Assembly (NCBI GenBank): GCA_964188305.1
Contig: OZ076887.1
Length of the DNA stretch: 64,000 nt
Strand: one strand, 5' to 3'
Source: Podarcis bocagei
Taxonomy: Eukaryota
The stretch's first letter is position 1. Each line of letters begins with the position of its first letter. Positions 27,673-40,331 of this stretch are shown one piece after another. Position numbers and translations under genes: made by a program. The notes below the pieces were generated by a model. That model saw only the letters and a program-made list of their open reading frames with translations. It was not told where the DNA came from and ran no database searches.

Positions 27673-28206
27673 TAGGGTTGCCATATTTCAAAAAGTAAAA
27701 ACCAGGACACCCCAAAAATTGTTGAGCTTTTATTCGTTGTTGTTGTTTAGTCGTCTTAGTCGTGTTCGACTTGAACCAGAGCATGCCTTGGAAACTCTCA
27801 CTTTCTTCTCAAAGCTTCTCCTTTTTTATGTCCATGGAGTTTTCTTGGCAAAATACTGGAGTGGTTTGCCAGTTCCTTCTCCAAGCGGATCACATTTAGT
27901 CTAAACTCTCAGCTATGACCTGTCCGTTTTGGGTGGCCCTGCACGGCATAGCTCATAGCTTCCTGGAGTTATCCAAGCCCCTTCGCCACGACAAGACAGT
28001 GATCCATGAAGGGGGAGCTTTTATAGGAAAGCCCAAAAGTTGAGCTTTTTTAAGACAAACCCCAAAGTTGCAAAAAAAAAAAAAGTCCAAGAAAACACAA
28101 TTTTTCAGTTTACTTGCTGAAAATCCAGGAAAAGCTGCCATGGACATCACTTCCACCTTTGAAATACCACTAATGTCTGGGAAATCCCAGGCATATGACA
28201 GCCCTA
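27673..28206. mobile_element. Non-autonomous hAT-like DNA transposon hosting a BovB-derived insertion
   Basis: Imperfect TIR TAGGGTTGCCATAT / ATATGACAGCCCTA. Confidence 0.6.
27734..28014 (-). mobile_element. Short bipartite RTE-BovB derivative (internally deleted LINE, SINE-like)
   Basis: (CAA)n tail; BovB-type 3' motif tccatggagttttcttggcaaaatactggagtggtttgcc; 5'-type motif gggtggccctgcacggcatagctcatagc...gtgatccatgaagggg; 10-bp TSD GAGCTTTTAT (27724-27733, 28015-28024). Confidence 0.8.
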
Positions 28207-28759
28207 TTTCATAAAAAAAAGAACAGAAATTCTGATGCCCTCCAGATACTGTTGGACTACAACTTCCATTACTCCCCAGCTGACACGGCCAATGGTCAAG
28301 GAGGATGGGAGTTTTAGTTCCACAGCTACATGGAGGGTGTAATGTTGGTTACTTCTGATGTATCTAGTTATTAAGCCATCACCAAACAGAAGTTTAACAA
28401 TATGAAAGTAACATAAGGTAACATCAACAGAAGTTAACTCAGAGCCAATTAAATTACAGTATAAACTTAAAATGCTGACTATCTCTGGCAGTTCACAACA
28501 TGCCCCTTTAAAAAAGAAATGGTCCTCTTGTAACAAATATTAAAATATAATTGAATAAAATAAAACAAAACATCACAAATCTGAATAAAGTTATATAAAA
28601 CCTAAGTGAATAAGGGCATGAAGCAAACTTTGAATTCTGAATCTCCCAGTCAAGACACAGCATTCTTTATTAAGACTTTTCTCCTCCCATCAGTTACTAC
28701 AGTTGTACAAAAAATGTGCAGTTTCCACAGTTGTATATTTATCTTGTCCACCAGAAGAT

Positions 28760-29925
28760 TAATTACTGAGTCATGGTCAGACCTCACCTCCCCATCTCTC
28801 CCTACAATATGACCCAAGTATTGCCTTTGCAACACATTATATAAAGGACAGCATATGAACAAGGTGTCTTCAGTTGTGGGTAAATATAAAGTGGTTGGAT
28901 TTGGAAGCTAGATATGTTGTATCAGGGATGATATTCTTGATGGCTTATGGGAGGGGGGTGTTGATTAAAGAGCCGCAACATCCATGGTCACTATGGTGGT
29001 ATATTCTGGCAGACTGTCAATGTGCTGTACTTTCATCAGGAAATCAGTAGTGTTCCACAAGTAACTTGGAGTATTGGTGGCATGTGGTCCGAAAATGGAG
29101 TTAATATAACCAGACGGTGATAACATGAATACACAACAATAGTTGCTGGCTTCTTTATTTTGGGTAGTAGATCCCCTGGCCAAGGCTCTCTGGATGTGTC
29201 AGTACAGGATTGCTTCTGCATATCTGTAGTAAGCTCCTTCATCAGGATATGTGATTCTTTCTGGTATTCTTCACTAGAGCCTGTAAAATATGGCTGTGTT
29301 CTAGTCTGCTGCCGGATCCCATGGAGAAGGCAGCAAGGCAGGTCAGGAGTTGCAGGACCATGGATAGCTCTGAGTGAGCAATTTGCTCCTGCAGAGGTTG
29401 AGAGCAGTCTGAGGGCTCTTAAACCTCAAACTCCAGACAACCTCCTCCTTGCTGAGAACTCCAGTTTCTTAAAGGGCCAACTCTCTGGGCCTGAAATTGA
29501 GCACTCCTCTCTCTCTAGCTCTCCCACCTGGTGTGTGTCCTGCAGTACTGGACTAGTGTGTGGTACTGAGAGAGGCATTTGCTTCCTCAAGCTCAGCAGA
29601 AGGCACCTGTGAGGATCGTGATCTGGCCCCAAAGAACCTGATGGTAAAGGAGGTTATTCCGGGGGCTCCTCTCGAACAGTCTCAGGCACAGTGATCTGAT
29701 CTGCAGCAGCTGGTTGTGAGCCCTGAAGTGGATCTGTTATCTTACATGTCACGACAAATATGGTGCTGGATAATTGCCTCTCAGTCTTTTGTAATGTATT
29801 CCAACTTTTTCATGATGACAACAGCTTCTCCTTTTCCAGACTCTTTCATTAAGATGTCAGGACTGTTTCTGAGGCTGTGGATGACATCGCATTCTGCTCT
29901 CCTGTGATTGTGTGGCAAATGATGC
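28760..29925 (-). mobile_element. Old degenerate Penelope-like (Neptune-type) RT relic, split by an LTR-like insert (~29295-29740)
   Basis: Minus-strand peptides HSLRNSPDILMKESGKGEAVVIM (cf. IIKxADKGGAVVIM) and TPSYLWNTTDFLMKVQHIDSLPEYTTIVTMDVAAL (cf. PSYIRDTTDFL...LATMDVxSLY). Confidence 0.75.
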
Positions 29926-31484
29926 CGTTTGTTGATTGCCTCAGCTTGGGCTGATGCAGAGTGACTGGCTCAAGGTCACCCTGTAAGTTTCTCAGCTGAG
30001 GCAGGAATCTAAGCCCAGGTCCTATTTGACACTCATTCTGATGCATGACTCTGGGGGCTCACAGTTTCTGACTCCCTTGCTAAGGGAGATGCCAGCTCCT
30101 TCCTTAAACCTCCTGAGCCTTTTTTTTCCTTTTTTGCTGGGGTGGTGGCAGGATTAAAAGAAGCCACTGGCATTCTATTCAATGGCTCTTGCCTACATTT
30201 CTCTAATAATAGCCGACACCAAGCTTTGTAGCCTTGTTCTTATTCCTTTGTTTCTCTTTGTTTATTTCCTGTTATTCACGCTACCCTATAAACAGCCCTG
30301 TAGTTGTCCCAATCTTGCTGGATGGCTCATCCCACCTCAGTCTTGGTTTTCCTAACCGTAATATAGCCAAGGCCATCCTCCTTGTGCTTGCTAATGCCAG
30401 ACCCATCCCAGAAAGTCATCTGACAAAAGAGGTAAGCAAACTGCATCTTAAACAGGGTTATTGTATGCCTGCATCTTAAACAGGTAACAGTAGGTAACCG
30501 AAGCCCCTAAGGAATAGGTGTGGAAGACGCACACACATGTGCAATTGCAGAAGTTGCTTCTCTGATTAAATGGTAAGTGTGGCATTCAGTACCTAAGGAA
30601 AAGCTTGCTAATCTGTGCACGTCTGTCTTTTTTCTTGTCATAGCTGTAAGTGGGCACTTCAGCTAATGTCCCTAATGAGGGAGAAAACCACCCAGAGGCA
30701 GAGAGCTCTGCATCTGCATGCTTAAAAGAAGGGGCTCTTAGTGCTTGCTATTGTTCAGGAGGCTCTAATGGCTTCTTTCTCTTTTAGTGTGACACACGGC
30801 ACATTTGTGCCCCTTCTGCTGTAGTCCCTCTGCAGCATTTTGTCCAAGTTGATCTGAGGTAACCCTGCAGCTGCAGTGTACACTGAGTGAATATGAGAAG
30901 CATGAGCACAAGATCATGTCCTGCTGTCAGCAGCAAAGCCTATGCTTCCTGACACAGCAGAGCAACAGAGAAAAAAGGCCAGGTGAATTTGGAAGCCTAA
31001 GAAATAAAATTGAATTGGTTTCAGAGAAAACTTGCTTGTGAAAGTGGGTTCAACCAAGGCGAACCCTTGGCAAGTAGAAAGATGGACAATGCTCAGATCT
31101 ACACAATTTTGTTCTTAAGGGTGACAGAATTGCCTTGGATACATGTCTTTGCTTCCCATCTTTTTTTGAAAATGAGGATTGTCTCTTGGGGCTCTGACTA
31201 TCACATCATAGCAGTCTCACAATTCCTCTGTAGTCAGTCTCTAGAGACTTAAAGCTAATGTTACTCAACCCTCCAGCTTCTCTTCTCTGTTTGGGCTGTC
31301 AAAAAAAGTGTGTTTCACTCTTGATAAAGCCTCCACAAATATTTTTTACCACAAACACACTTAAATGTAGTCACCTTGTGGCTGTATCTCATACATTGAG
31401 ATAAATACTATTTTATTTTATATTATTTTTCATGCAGATTTTTAAAAAACATTCACAGAGTAATATGGAAATGGGATGGAATGG

Positions 31485-31514
31485 ATGAATGAATGAACGA
31501 ATGAATGAATGAAT
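31485..31514. repeat. (GAAT)n microsatellite
   Basis: Seen directly. Confidence 0.8.
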
Positions 31515-31726
31515 GTTAAAATGACAAACACAGACATTCGTCCTTAAATACTAAGGAAAATGAAAATCCTTTGAAATTGTTACAGGTGTGAACTGTACTC
31601 TAACTTTAAGCCATTATTTTCCATCCTTTGCTGGGAGGGAAGTGTTGTCAAGATGCTGCTGTGTGGCCGCTGGATCTGATATGGTCTTTGGACATTGTTC
31701 AACTGTCACTTTTTGTGGTTACATAG

Positions 31727-32078
31727 GGGTGGCGCTGTGGTCTAAACTACTGAGCCGATCAGAAGGTCGGTGGTTCAAATCCATGCAATGGGGTGAGCTC
31801 CCATTGCTGTCCCAGCTCCTGCCAACCTAGCAGTCCGAAAGCACATCAAAGTACAAGTAGATAAATAGGTACCGCTCCGGCGGGAAGGTAAATGGCATTT
31901 TCTGTGTGCTGCTCTGGTTTCGCCAGAAGCGACTTAGTCATGCTGGCCACATGACCCAGAAAAACTGTCTGCAGACAAACGTCAGCTCCCTCGGCCAGTA
32001 AAGCGAGATGAGTGCCGCAACCCCAGAGTCATTCACAGCTGGATTTACCTGCTAGGGGTCCTTTACCTTTACCTTTTA
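31727..32078 (+). mobile_element. Sauria SINE, near full length, different subfamily from 21411
   Basis: A-box-like gtggcgctgtgg, B box ggttcaaatcc, same core, (ACCTTT)n tail. Confidence 0.9.
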
Positions 32079-33883
32079 GGGAAGAAAACTACTGCTCTTA
32101 TTTAATTTTGCTGATTTTATATTTACTATCCTTAAGGGTTTTTGACATTACTTTTAACCTCTTTAGATTACAAGCATTGTAGCAGTAGATAAACAAACAG
32201 CAACCCAGTTCTAAGTCTATAATATTGTGAGGGCTTTTACAGTTGATATTGTGAGTTTTTATTCTGTCGGTAGGTCATGGGCTGTTCAGTACAGCAACAA
32301 GAAGGGTTCCGGAAAATAGAATAAAAACTTGTATTATTTCTCTATCAGTTTACAGAGAAATGGATTCAGACCTGGTTCTAAAGCAATTCTTGCCTAGCTG
32401 GATATAACCTTCCCTGCAAGATAAGGCTTTTCAGCTGGAACCAGCTCAATTAGTTTTTATGCTTACAACATTTCCATGGTTCTTTTCAAAGGCTTATCTC
32501 TGAAAATTCTCTTGGCTGGTTTAAAAATGTTCTATAGTGACCAGGGCAACAGATGTCAAGGCCTTTACACTAACACTGGAGTTAATTTAATATGTTTAAT
32601 GTGAAAGAGCTGCTCAAACTTTAACTCTTCTGAATTTGCTCATGAGCAATAGGAGGAGGCTTTTGAATAGTCAGTGAAAAGCACTAAATGTCATAACATT
32701 ATATAAACTGATTACTGGGAGCACATTTTTTCTGTTATGATTGGCTAGAAAGAAGGTTATTGAGATGGTAAAAATGTGCTGCTAAATAAAATGGAAGCCT
32801 GATATCTTGATACTATCATCATTTCAGGATATCTTTAGTAATAGGATGCCTGATATGTTGAAAAATTCTATCTTTCATCACACATGATAACTAGCTGCAC
32901 CAGATAAATGCAGCAAGCAGTATGGGTGGGAAGCTAGTTTCAAATCCTCTATTTCACACCCAATGCTTCACATTATATTTTTCCTATGTAGTGGTAATCT
33001 CTGCGTACAGATAAGAGTATCTCATATATTCTGAAGTGCATCATTAGTGTTATTTTCACCAGTGCCAGTCCTACCCTTAGGCAGAGGGAGGTATCTGATT
33101 TTGGGTGTTATGAAAGGGCAGCCAATTTGCAACCATTTATTATTTTTTTGTTTTCACTTCCAGGGAAAAGTTATTCTGCCCCAGATGCCAGAATAATTTG
33201 GTCAGCTGTGGGTATTATGCACCTTGATTTGCAGGTGAGAGGGGACCATTTGCTTGTCTACTTGAGGCGGCAAAACATCTTGGGCTGGCCTGCTTTCATA
33301 GCAAGTATGTGGATGTGTCATTCTTGCAAAATGGTCCTTGGTGTACACTGGATCAGGTGCTTATGCTTTCAATGTGAGAGGCGTATCTAGGATGGAATTT
33401 TGAGAAAGAATACAAGACCTTCAGACCCTCTGACAGTGAACTCTTATGTAAAAACTAGCAAGGTAGCTAGGGGTGAGTGAGTGGACTGGTGGAGGAATGA
33501 TAGAATCATATGGTTTCTGTCCTGGCTGTGAATGAAGGAAATATCCCTCAGTTCTTCCCTTTTCGACCAGCCTATTTGATAGAAGTTTTTTTCTATATCA
33601 CTATCTTGGTAAGATGCTATTATCCTGTGTTTCCATGCTGGCTATAGGGGTCTCTCTTCTTTGAGGCCAGCATAAAAATATAGGCTACTAGCCTCTGAAT
33701 GGGCTAGGGTTTGGGGGGTTTCCCCCCCAGGTAGGTAACTTTTCTGAGATTATTTACAAAGCTGCTTTAAAGAGGCATCTGTTTGTGTTTTTCTCTGGAT
33801 TAAGTTGGAGCAAAATGCACAAATCCTTTGGGTGCCTCATTTGAAAATTAAATATGCACCAAGTTAGATTGTTTAAGAATTTC

Positions 33884-34290
33884 CAGGAGTGTAGCCATGT
33901 TACTTATGCACCACAAGTACTAACACATTTATTATGGCATAAGCTTTCAGTGACTAGAGTCTGCTTCATCAGATACACACAGTGTTATTTTGAGTTGGCA
34001 GGTAGAGCCGCATGGTTGTAGAGTGATAGGCAAACTGTAAGCAGTCATGTTAGAAGCAAAAAGTACAGATACTGATAATTATATTAAAACTTAAAATATT
34101 GAGGGGGGGTAACCCACAGTGAGTATTCACAATGTCGTATTCTGCTAGAAGCACACTATCTCTTTCCTGAGCAGACTTTTAAGAATTGCAGTAGCCCATT
34201 TTATGTTACATTTCTTTAATGTAGTTCATGTTTAGTGGCCTTTAAGGGTTTGTTATGATAACTGACTTTAACGTTGGGACTACTTAGCAG
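33884..34290 (-). mobile_element. Old Neptune-type Penelope-like 3' end/pLTR remnant
   Basis: gtagccatgtt...ctaacacatttattatggcataagctttc...cttcatcagata terminus typical of reptile PLE pLTRs; includes a degenerate hammerhead; right boundary approximate. Confidence 0.6.
33936..33976 (-). ncRNA. Degenerate minimal type I hammerhead ribozyme (Neptune pLTR)
   Basis: Minus strand GTAT-CTGATGA-AGCAGACTCTAGTCACT-GAAAGCTT-ATGC: both core boxes, palindromic AAGCTT, helix I GTAT/ATGC, eroded helix II. Confidence 0.55.
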
Positions 34291-35738
34291 CTTTAAAAGC
34301 ATTTATATTTACATTTTATCTATGGGTTTTTTTGGTGAATTGCTTAACAGAACAGGCAGGCTTTATGTTTCAGAGGGGAAAAGAGGAGGAAGAAACACCC
34401 ACGAGTGGATAGCCTATCCAAACAGTCTCCTCTTTTTTTCCATTTAAAAATGTATTTCAAGATTGCTGCAGGCATCTTTCTCTTCTGAATAGTAACTGGC
34501 CTTGCTAATACTGTTTCTTGGCAAGCTGAGGTTCTTTGAGTTTTAACTACTTTGTAAACTGTAAAAAATATCTGTGTTGATATTTCCTTTATTCAAGTTC
34601 TATGAAGTCCAGCGTGGTCATATTTTGCATTTTGTTCGGAGGAGTCTACATATGAAAAACATTACAGCATATACACACACAGCTATAAGTTATTGGACAC
34701 TTCTTCCTAAGGCTGACCTTTATATAAATGTGACACTATCTGCATTAATAAACTGTGACCTTGGATTATGAATTGACAAAAAGGCTCTATCCCAGGGGTG
34801 GGGAACCTGTGGCTCTTCAAATGATGTTGGATTCCAGTTTTATACACCAGAGAATTTATGTGCCTAGGGCTAGGAAACATTATATCCTCATCCTGGTTAA
34901 AGTTAATTGTTTCAGCATCATTTGCACTTGGGGACATTGGGGGACTGATGTTCCTCTCTAAGCTGTTAGCCTGGTGTGGTGGTGGGATTTTCTGTTGTTG
35001 TTGATACTTGTACCATGCAATACAGACTTTTTTGGGGGTGGGGTGTCTGGGAGAAAATTGTTCTCTGTGTTGAGCCACTGTGATACTTTTCTCCCTTGGT
35101 GTCTCTAGATGCTTAATGTGCAGAAAATAGACAGCCCCTAAGATACATCTCATTCAAAATCAAAGCATTAAAAGTCAGAAGTTGGTAGCTTTCAAACTTT
35201 CCAGGTCTCTCCCCCACTGGCATTAATTGCCCTCCTGCTGTGCCAGTTGTGAAGCTGTTTAACATTCAGCACCTGCTTAGTTTGTCTGTCTCATTTTCTG
35301 GGGGTTTATTCGTTTCCTGTAAAGCTTCTTTGTAAACCTCCACTGTGTATGTTGAAATAAGCTTCATAAAGCAGTTGTCACCTTATACTTTACAAAAGGT
35401 CGTCCCTTGGTAATTCATCTTAACATGTCGATGGAAAACGAAGCCTGGCACTGAATCATGTTGCTGACCCTACCACACTACAGATATTACTCACCTGATT
35501 GGTCTGCCACTTATCTTGCTTCCCTTTCCTGCTCACACGTAGTGCAGCTGCCTCATCTCTGAGGCCGCTTGATGCCCATGCAGGGGAGTGACACTTGGAA
35601 AGAGGTTATATGAACGTGCATGAAATCCAGCATATAAACCTGAGCAGCATGATCACTCTCCCAGCTTAAATCGGGGAATTTCCTATCTGATATGGGCATA
35701 GACACATTGAGATTTTCACACACAGAGAGAATATTAAT

Positions 35739-35840
35739 GGAATCTAGAATTGTAGAGTTGGAAGGGACTCTGAGGGTCATCTAGCCCAACCCCCTGCAGT
35801 GCAAGAATCTCAACTAGATCATAATAGAATCATAGAATTG
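35739..35840 (-). mobile_element. CR1 3' tail fragment (older subfamily)
   Basis: agaattgtagagttggaagggac...gggtcatctagcccaaccccctgc. Confidence 0.7.
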
Positions 35841-37630
35841 TCAGCTTTACAGGCAGTGGTCAGAGAGGCTACTGCGGAGGTATGTGGTTTCAGGCATTGG
35901 TGGGTCAATCTTGGAGGCAAAACACATGCATCAGCTCCTTTTTGAAGTGCAAGAATCACAGGGATTTAGTCTCTGTCACAACATTATATTTTGTGCATGA
36001 AGTATGGGCCCACATGCAGGTCTTCTGACCTTTTTAGTTAAACAATTGAATTGCCGGTTTAACAATAGATAGGTTGGTAGCTGTGTCAATTGGCCCTCTC
36101 TGCACCTTTAACTGAGTTTTCCTCCTACAAAGGAAGTTGTTTTTCCTTTTTCTGGGCAGCAGTAAGAAAGATCAGTTTGAGAAGGGCTCTTCTTTTCTCT
36201 GGTTGAGAGTAAAAATGCAATTGGTTTTAAGCCTTCTGCTGTAACTCCAGCCTTCTTTCCTTGATATAGTTGTTCCTTACCTCTGGAGTTTAACGTGTCA
36301 ACATACTGTTTTTATGGTTGTTTTTCTCACTTTCCTAATATTACATTAGGTTTCACAAAAACAATTTTTTGTTGTTTGCTTTTTCTTTGCTCAAAAACTC
36401 AGCCCGCCAGAGTCTGGAGTATTTCCAGCCCAGGTTTTAAATAAAGCTCAGGTAGCTGTAGAAAGGCTCTGAGACAGCTTAGCAGAGAGATCTCTGGTGA
36501 GCTGAGGATGGCGCCACATTTGCCCTAATGGACCAGCTTCCATTGCAGCTTGGTAGAAGTCAGGCAGAAATCTGCTGTTGACAGGAAACCAAAACTGTAC
36601 TGTAGAACAAAACACTTGGCTGAAATCAGGGTACCAGGGTAAGTATGTAGGTAACAGTGTCTGCAATGATAATTGCTGCTACTCTAAGATGTACATGGGA
36701 AGTCCACAAGCATTGCACACTGCTACCTCTGCTATGTGTGTGGGGGGTGTACATGTGTGCAAAGGTGGGGAGACTTCTAAAATGTAACTTTGGTGTTAAA
36801 AGTGATGTGGCAGAAGACAAAAAGTTAGGTCAGAATGGGGGTGGGTGCAGGAGAAACATGGAGTTGGAAACCTGGGAGAGAGTTCAAGGGAGGGGTTATT
36901 GAGGTCAGGGGTTGAATGTCTGTGGATGAGAAAAAGCCTTTGAAAGGCAGTCAGCAAAGAGAGGGATCAGAGGAAAGTTGCTGCAGTGAAAGAGCATATT
37001 CTTCCGCAAGAGCCTCAGTCTGCTCATGTTTTAAGATCTTTGAGGGACGCTCTTTTTTCTCTCCCACCAAAAGCTGGGGTTCATTTGTTGGAAACTCAAG
37101 AGAAATACCTTTTTGGTAGCTGCATCTACAGGCAACTTACCTACCTAACCTCTTCTCTAATGAGCTTCCACCAACAGGCAGAGATAGTCTTAGACAGGTC
37201 TTTGATTAAGTTGTTACAGCCAGAGTAAATGTGTTGAAATTTGTTAAACTGGCTGTTGTCTCCATTAGTTTCATTGATGCATTTTATTTGCTTTTAAAAA
37301 ACCCTGTTGATCTGTATTTTACTGCTGTTGACTGCCTTGAACACCGTTTTTGAAAAGATGTAATTTTAGCAAACAAAGGCTGGAAGCTGGGAATGGGATT
37401 AATATGGCCTGGTAGTGGAGAGAATTGTATATTGGCAAAACAAAGTTAACACATAGAGTAACCTGGGAATTAGCAGCGGTATTTTATTGCAGACCCCACT
37501 TGTCACTTTATGAAATGAGTATGACTGTAACATTGCCTTGGAATCTCAGTTTGGCAGATGTTGGAGATGGGAAGAACACTGTCTACATTTCTGACCAAAC
37601 ATCAAATATTTTGCCTCTTTGTTGACGTAG

Positions 37631-37843
37631 GTTTTGATGAACTCCATGCCTGTGCTGATCCTGGATTCCCTGAATATGGATATAAGATGCCTGGCGCAGG
37701 TGTTTTCTTTGAAAGTTCAGTAGTCCGGTTCCATTGCCAAGAAGGATACAGGCTTAAGGGCCCATCCAAAAAGCTTTGTGAGAGACATTTCAACGGCTCC
37801 CTCAGCTGGAAGCCAAGCGAGAAACCCTTGTGCCTCCAAGAAG
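37631..37843 (+). CDS. SUSD4: SUSD4 exon encoding sushi/CCP domain 1 (213 bp, phase 1-1)
   Basis: Acceptor gttgacgtAG, donor G|GTAAGT. Translates (G)[70 protein letters not shown], with 4 Cys and a Trp, closely matching recalled human SUSD4 GFDDLQVCADPGIPENG...CLKHFNGTLGW. Confidence 0.96.
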
Positions 37844-40003
37844 GTAAGTCTATTTACTGCCGACAAACTTTGCTTGTGAAAACTCCATATTTCTGTCATA
37901 TCTTCTTCCAGCTCACAGGATCATGCTCATTTTTTCTTTCTTTCTGAGAAGACTTTTTACAACAAATGGAAACTGGAGACCTAGCTGAATCCAGGCAATA
38001 CATGCAATATCATTTTCATTCTGACCAGTAGTATTCCACGTTATCCTGGGTTCCCCAGGCAAAACCTTCAATTCCTCTTGAGCAAACAATCATTAGAGTT
38101 AAAATATTTATAAAGAATGTTGTGTGCTGACAAATTTGGTACATTCTTATCCCTGTGTGTTTGGTGGGCTCTGAATTGGGGCAGAAGATTCAGGAGTCTC
38201 TTGATACATCTTAATGAACAGATGAAAAGTTCATCTGATGTTATTAGTTGTATTTAATTACTATTCTGACAAATGAGTGCTCTTTGTAAAATTTTAATGT
38301 TATGTTTTACTGGGCATTATGGTTAAATTTATAATGATGATAAGGGTATGTGTTAAATGGAGTATTAAATCAGTTATGTATTGCGGGGGATGTTGTAAAT
38401 TATTCATTTGGGTTCGGAAAAGAATGGCAGCCAGATTATAAAATGCAGTAATAATGCAATTTTACTTCTATATTTAGGAACACATCTGTGGGAATAAAAG
38501 AACTTGTTTTCTTTTGTATGTAATTAGTTCAATTTTCTTATGTTCATTTTCTGCTTCAGACATATTTGACAATTTTTGCTGGTCTAACTCTGGCTCTTGC
38601 CAGCAGTAGTTTTGGAAAAAATCTTTGTCCGTGGAAAAGCTTCACCATTTATTAAACAACATGCACTAAAACTCCAGCTCTTTGATTTATTGGGTGCTTG
38701 TCAGTGATAATGTTGTGATCAAGAAATTTGAAAATATGGTCTGTCTTTAGTGTGTTTGTGCATGAATGTGCAAACATGGATAAACACACCACTAAAAATG
38801 TTCAGATACCGTTTTGCTGGAAGAATCAGCTTGCTATGTATTTTAATAGTGTTGATCAAGCTCTTGTCATGAGCAATACATGCATCAACTGAACATTGGC
38901 GATGAGGGGGCAAAGAGGTGGGGAACCTGTTTTTCCTCCTCTGTGACACTTCAAGTATTGTCATGTTTTAAGTCTCCTCCTTGTGTTGCAGCGGCCAACA
39001 AGGTGGTATTGGCCTAACTGGAGGTGTGAGATGTTTATTTCACAAGTTGCCATTGGCTAAAGCAAAATTGGCATAGATATTTTGGACATTTGTGATGGTT
39101 CAAAAGAGGGGAATGACAAGGTATTGTCATCAGTAGCATGGAGTCCCAAGCAATAGTGTATTATGAGAATAGTGAAATCACGAGGAGCACCAGCTCTTCA
39201 AAGAAGTCAATCAGAATCAGAAGCCTTCCTAGTTTCTATGAGCTGAATAATGTGTAGAACCCAATGATTTTGGGATTGCAGGTTGTTCTATTTTCTTTGG
39301 GCCATGATCATTAGCTGCATGGCAGTGACACTATATCTGAGATTCTTTGCCACACTTTACACTTTTATCTTTCTTGCTTCAGGTTAGCAAGCTTTGTGTG
39401 CATACTAAGTTTGTTTTCCACATTATTACATTCTGAAGGCAAACAGAATCAAATTTTCTTAGGCCTAGAAGACAATTTTTCTTTAGGATGATGGTTGTGC
39501 ACTTTATGCTGTGGTAGTAATCTCATGAAAGGTATTTATTTATGTTTTGCTTTGCACTTGTGCACTGTTCTTTGTCCATGCCCACACACCTTTGCAGACA
39601 TTGGCACTGGAAGTCAAGGTAAAGGATGAAGCAACAGTAAATGCAGAACCCTTAAATGGTTGGGGACGGCAAATGATGTATCCGCATATCCACAATGTAA
39701 GATTGCATATTACAGCCTTGTAATTATGTTTTCGTTATTTTTAGCAAGTAAGAAAACCCTGCTTCCAGCCTTCTAGGCGCCTAGATGTGGCCCCACTTAC
39801 TCTCAGTGTGAGCATGTGCTGCCCCCTCCTGGCCTCCCACCAATGCTCTGATGTGATCTGGAATTGCTGTCAATGAGGAAACGCAAACATTTGCTTATTT
39901 GCAGCGCCAAAAACACTGAACCACATCCTCTGCTGCAACTGATAAGACAAATTTGTATATCATATTGGTGGCAAAACCCACAGCAGCATTTTTAAACAAT
40001 CTG

Positions 40004-40044
<41 letters not shown>

Positions 40045-40126
40045 TTTCGTAGATTTTCACGGGTGCAGGAATGCAGGTTTTGGTGTCTTCGGGTGTCTTC
40101 CCGTGTAAGAGTTGGGGTGTCTAGGC

Positions 40127-40160
40127 GACGTTTCGACGAGGTCTCACTCGTCATCTTCAG
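40127..40160 (-). ncRNA. Minimal hammerhead ribozyme core, copy 1
   Basis: Reverse complement of CTGAAGA-T-GACGAG-TGAGAC-CTCGTC-GAAACGTC. Confidence 0.8.
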
Positions 40161-40212
40161 GCTGGTGCTTTCGGCTTCTTGTTACTGGAACAGAGAAGCC
40201 GAAAGCACCAGC

Positions 40213-40246
40213 CTGAAGATGACGAGTGAGACCTCGTCGAAACGTC
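40213..40246 (+). ncRNA. Minimal hammerhead ribozyme core, copy 2
   Basis: CUGAAGA box, 6-bp helix II GACGAG/CUCGUC, GAAA, palindromic ACGU, GUC cleavage triplet. Confidence 0.8.
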
Positions 40247-40297
40247 GCCTAGACACCCCAACTCTTACACGGGAAGACACCCGAAGACACCAAAACC

Positions 40298-40328
<31 letters not shown>

Positions 40329-40331
<3 letters not shown>

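Noticed and set aside
37558-37947. ORF-track extensions around the SUSD4 exons (also 47866-48048 and 51010-51231) as single-exon genes
   Set aside because: Homology stops exactly at canonical AG/GT sites; the extensions are intronic read-through
40063-40328. N-terminal part of the 513-aa ORF as a genuine Penelope N-terminus
   Set aside because: It is read-through of the inverted/direct pLTR palindrome and (TA)n (IYIYI); real homology starts at SPVIANLY (~40329)
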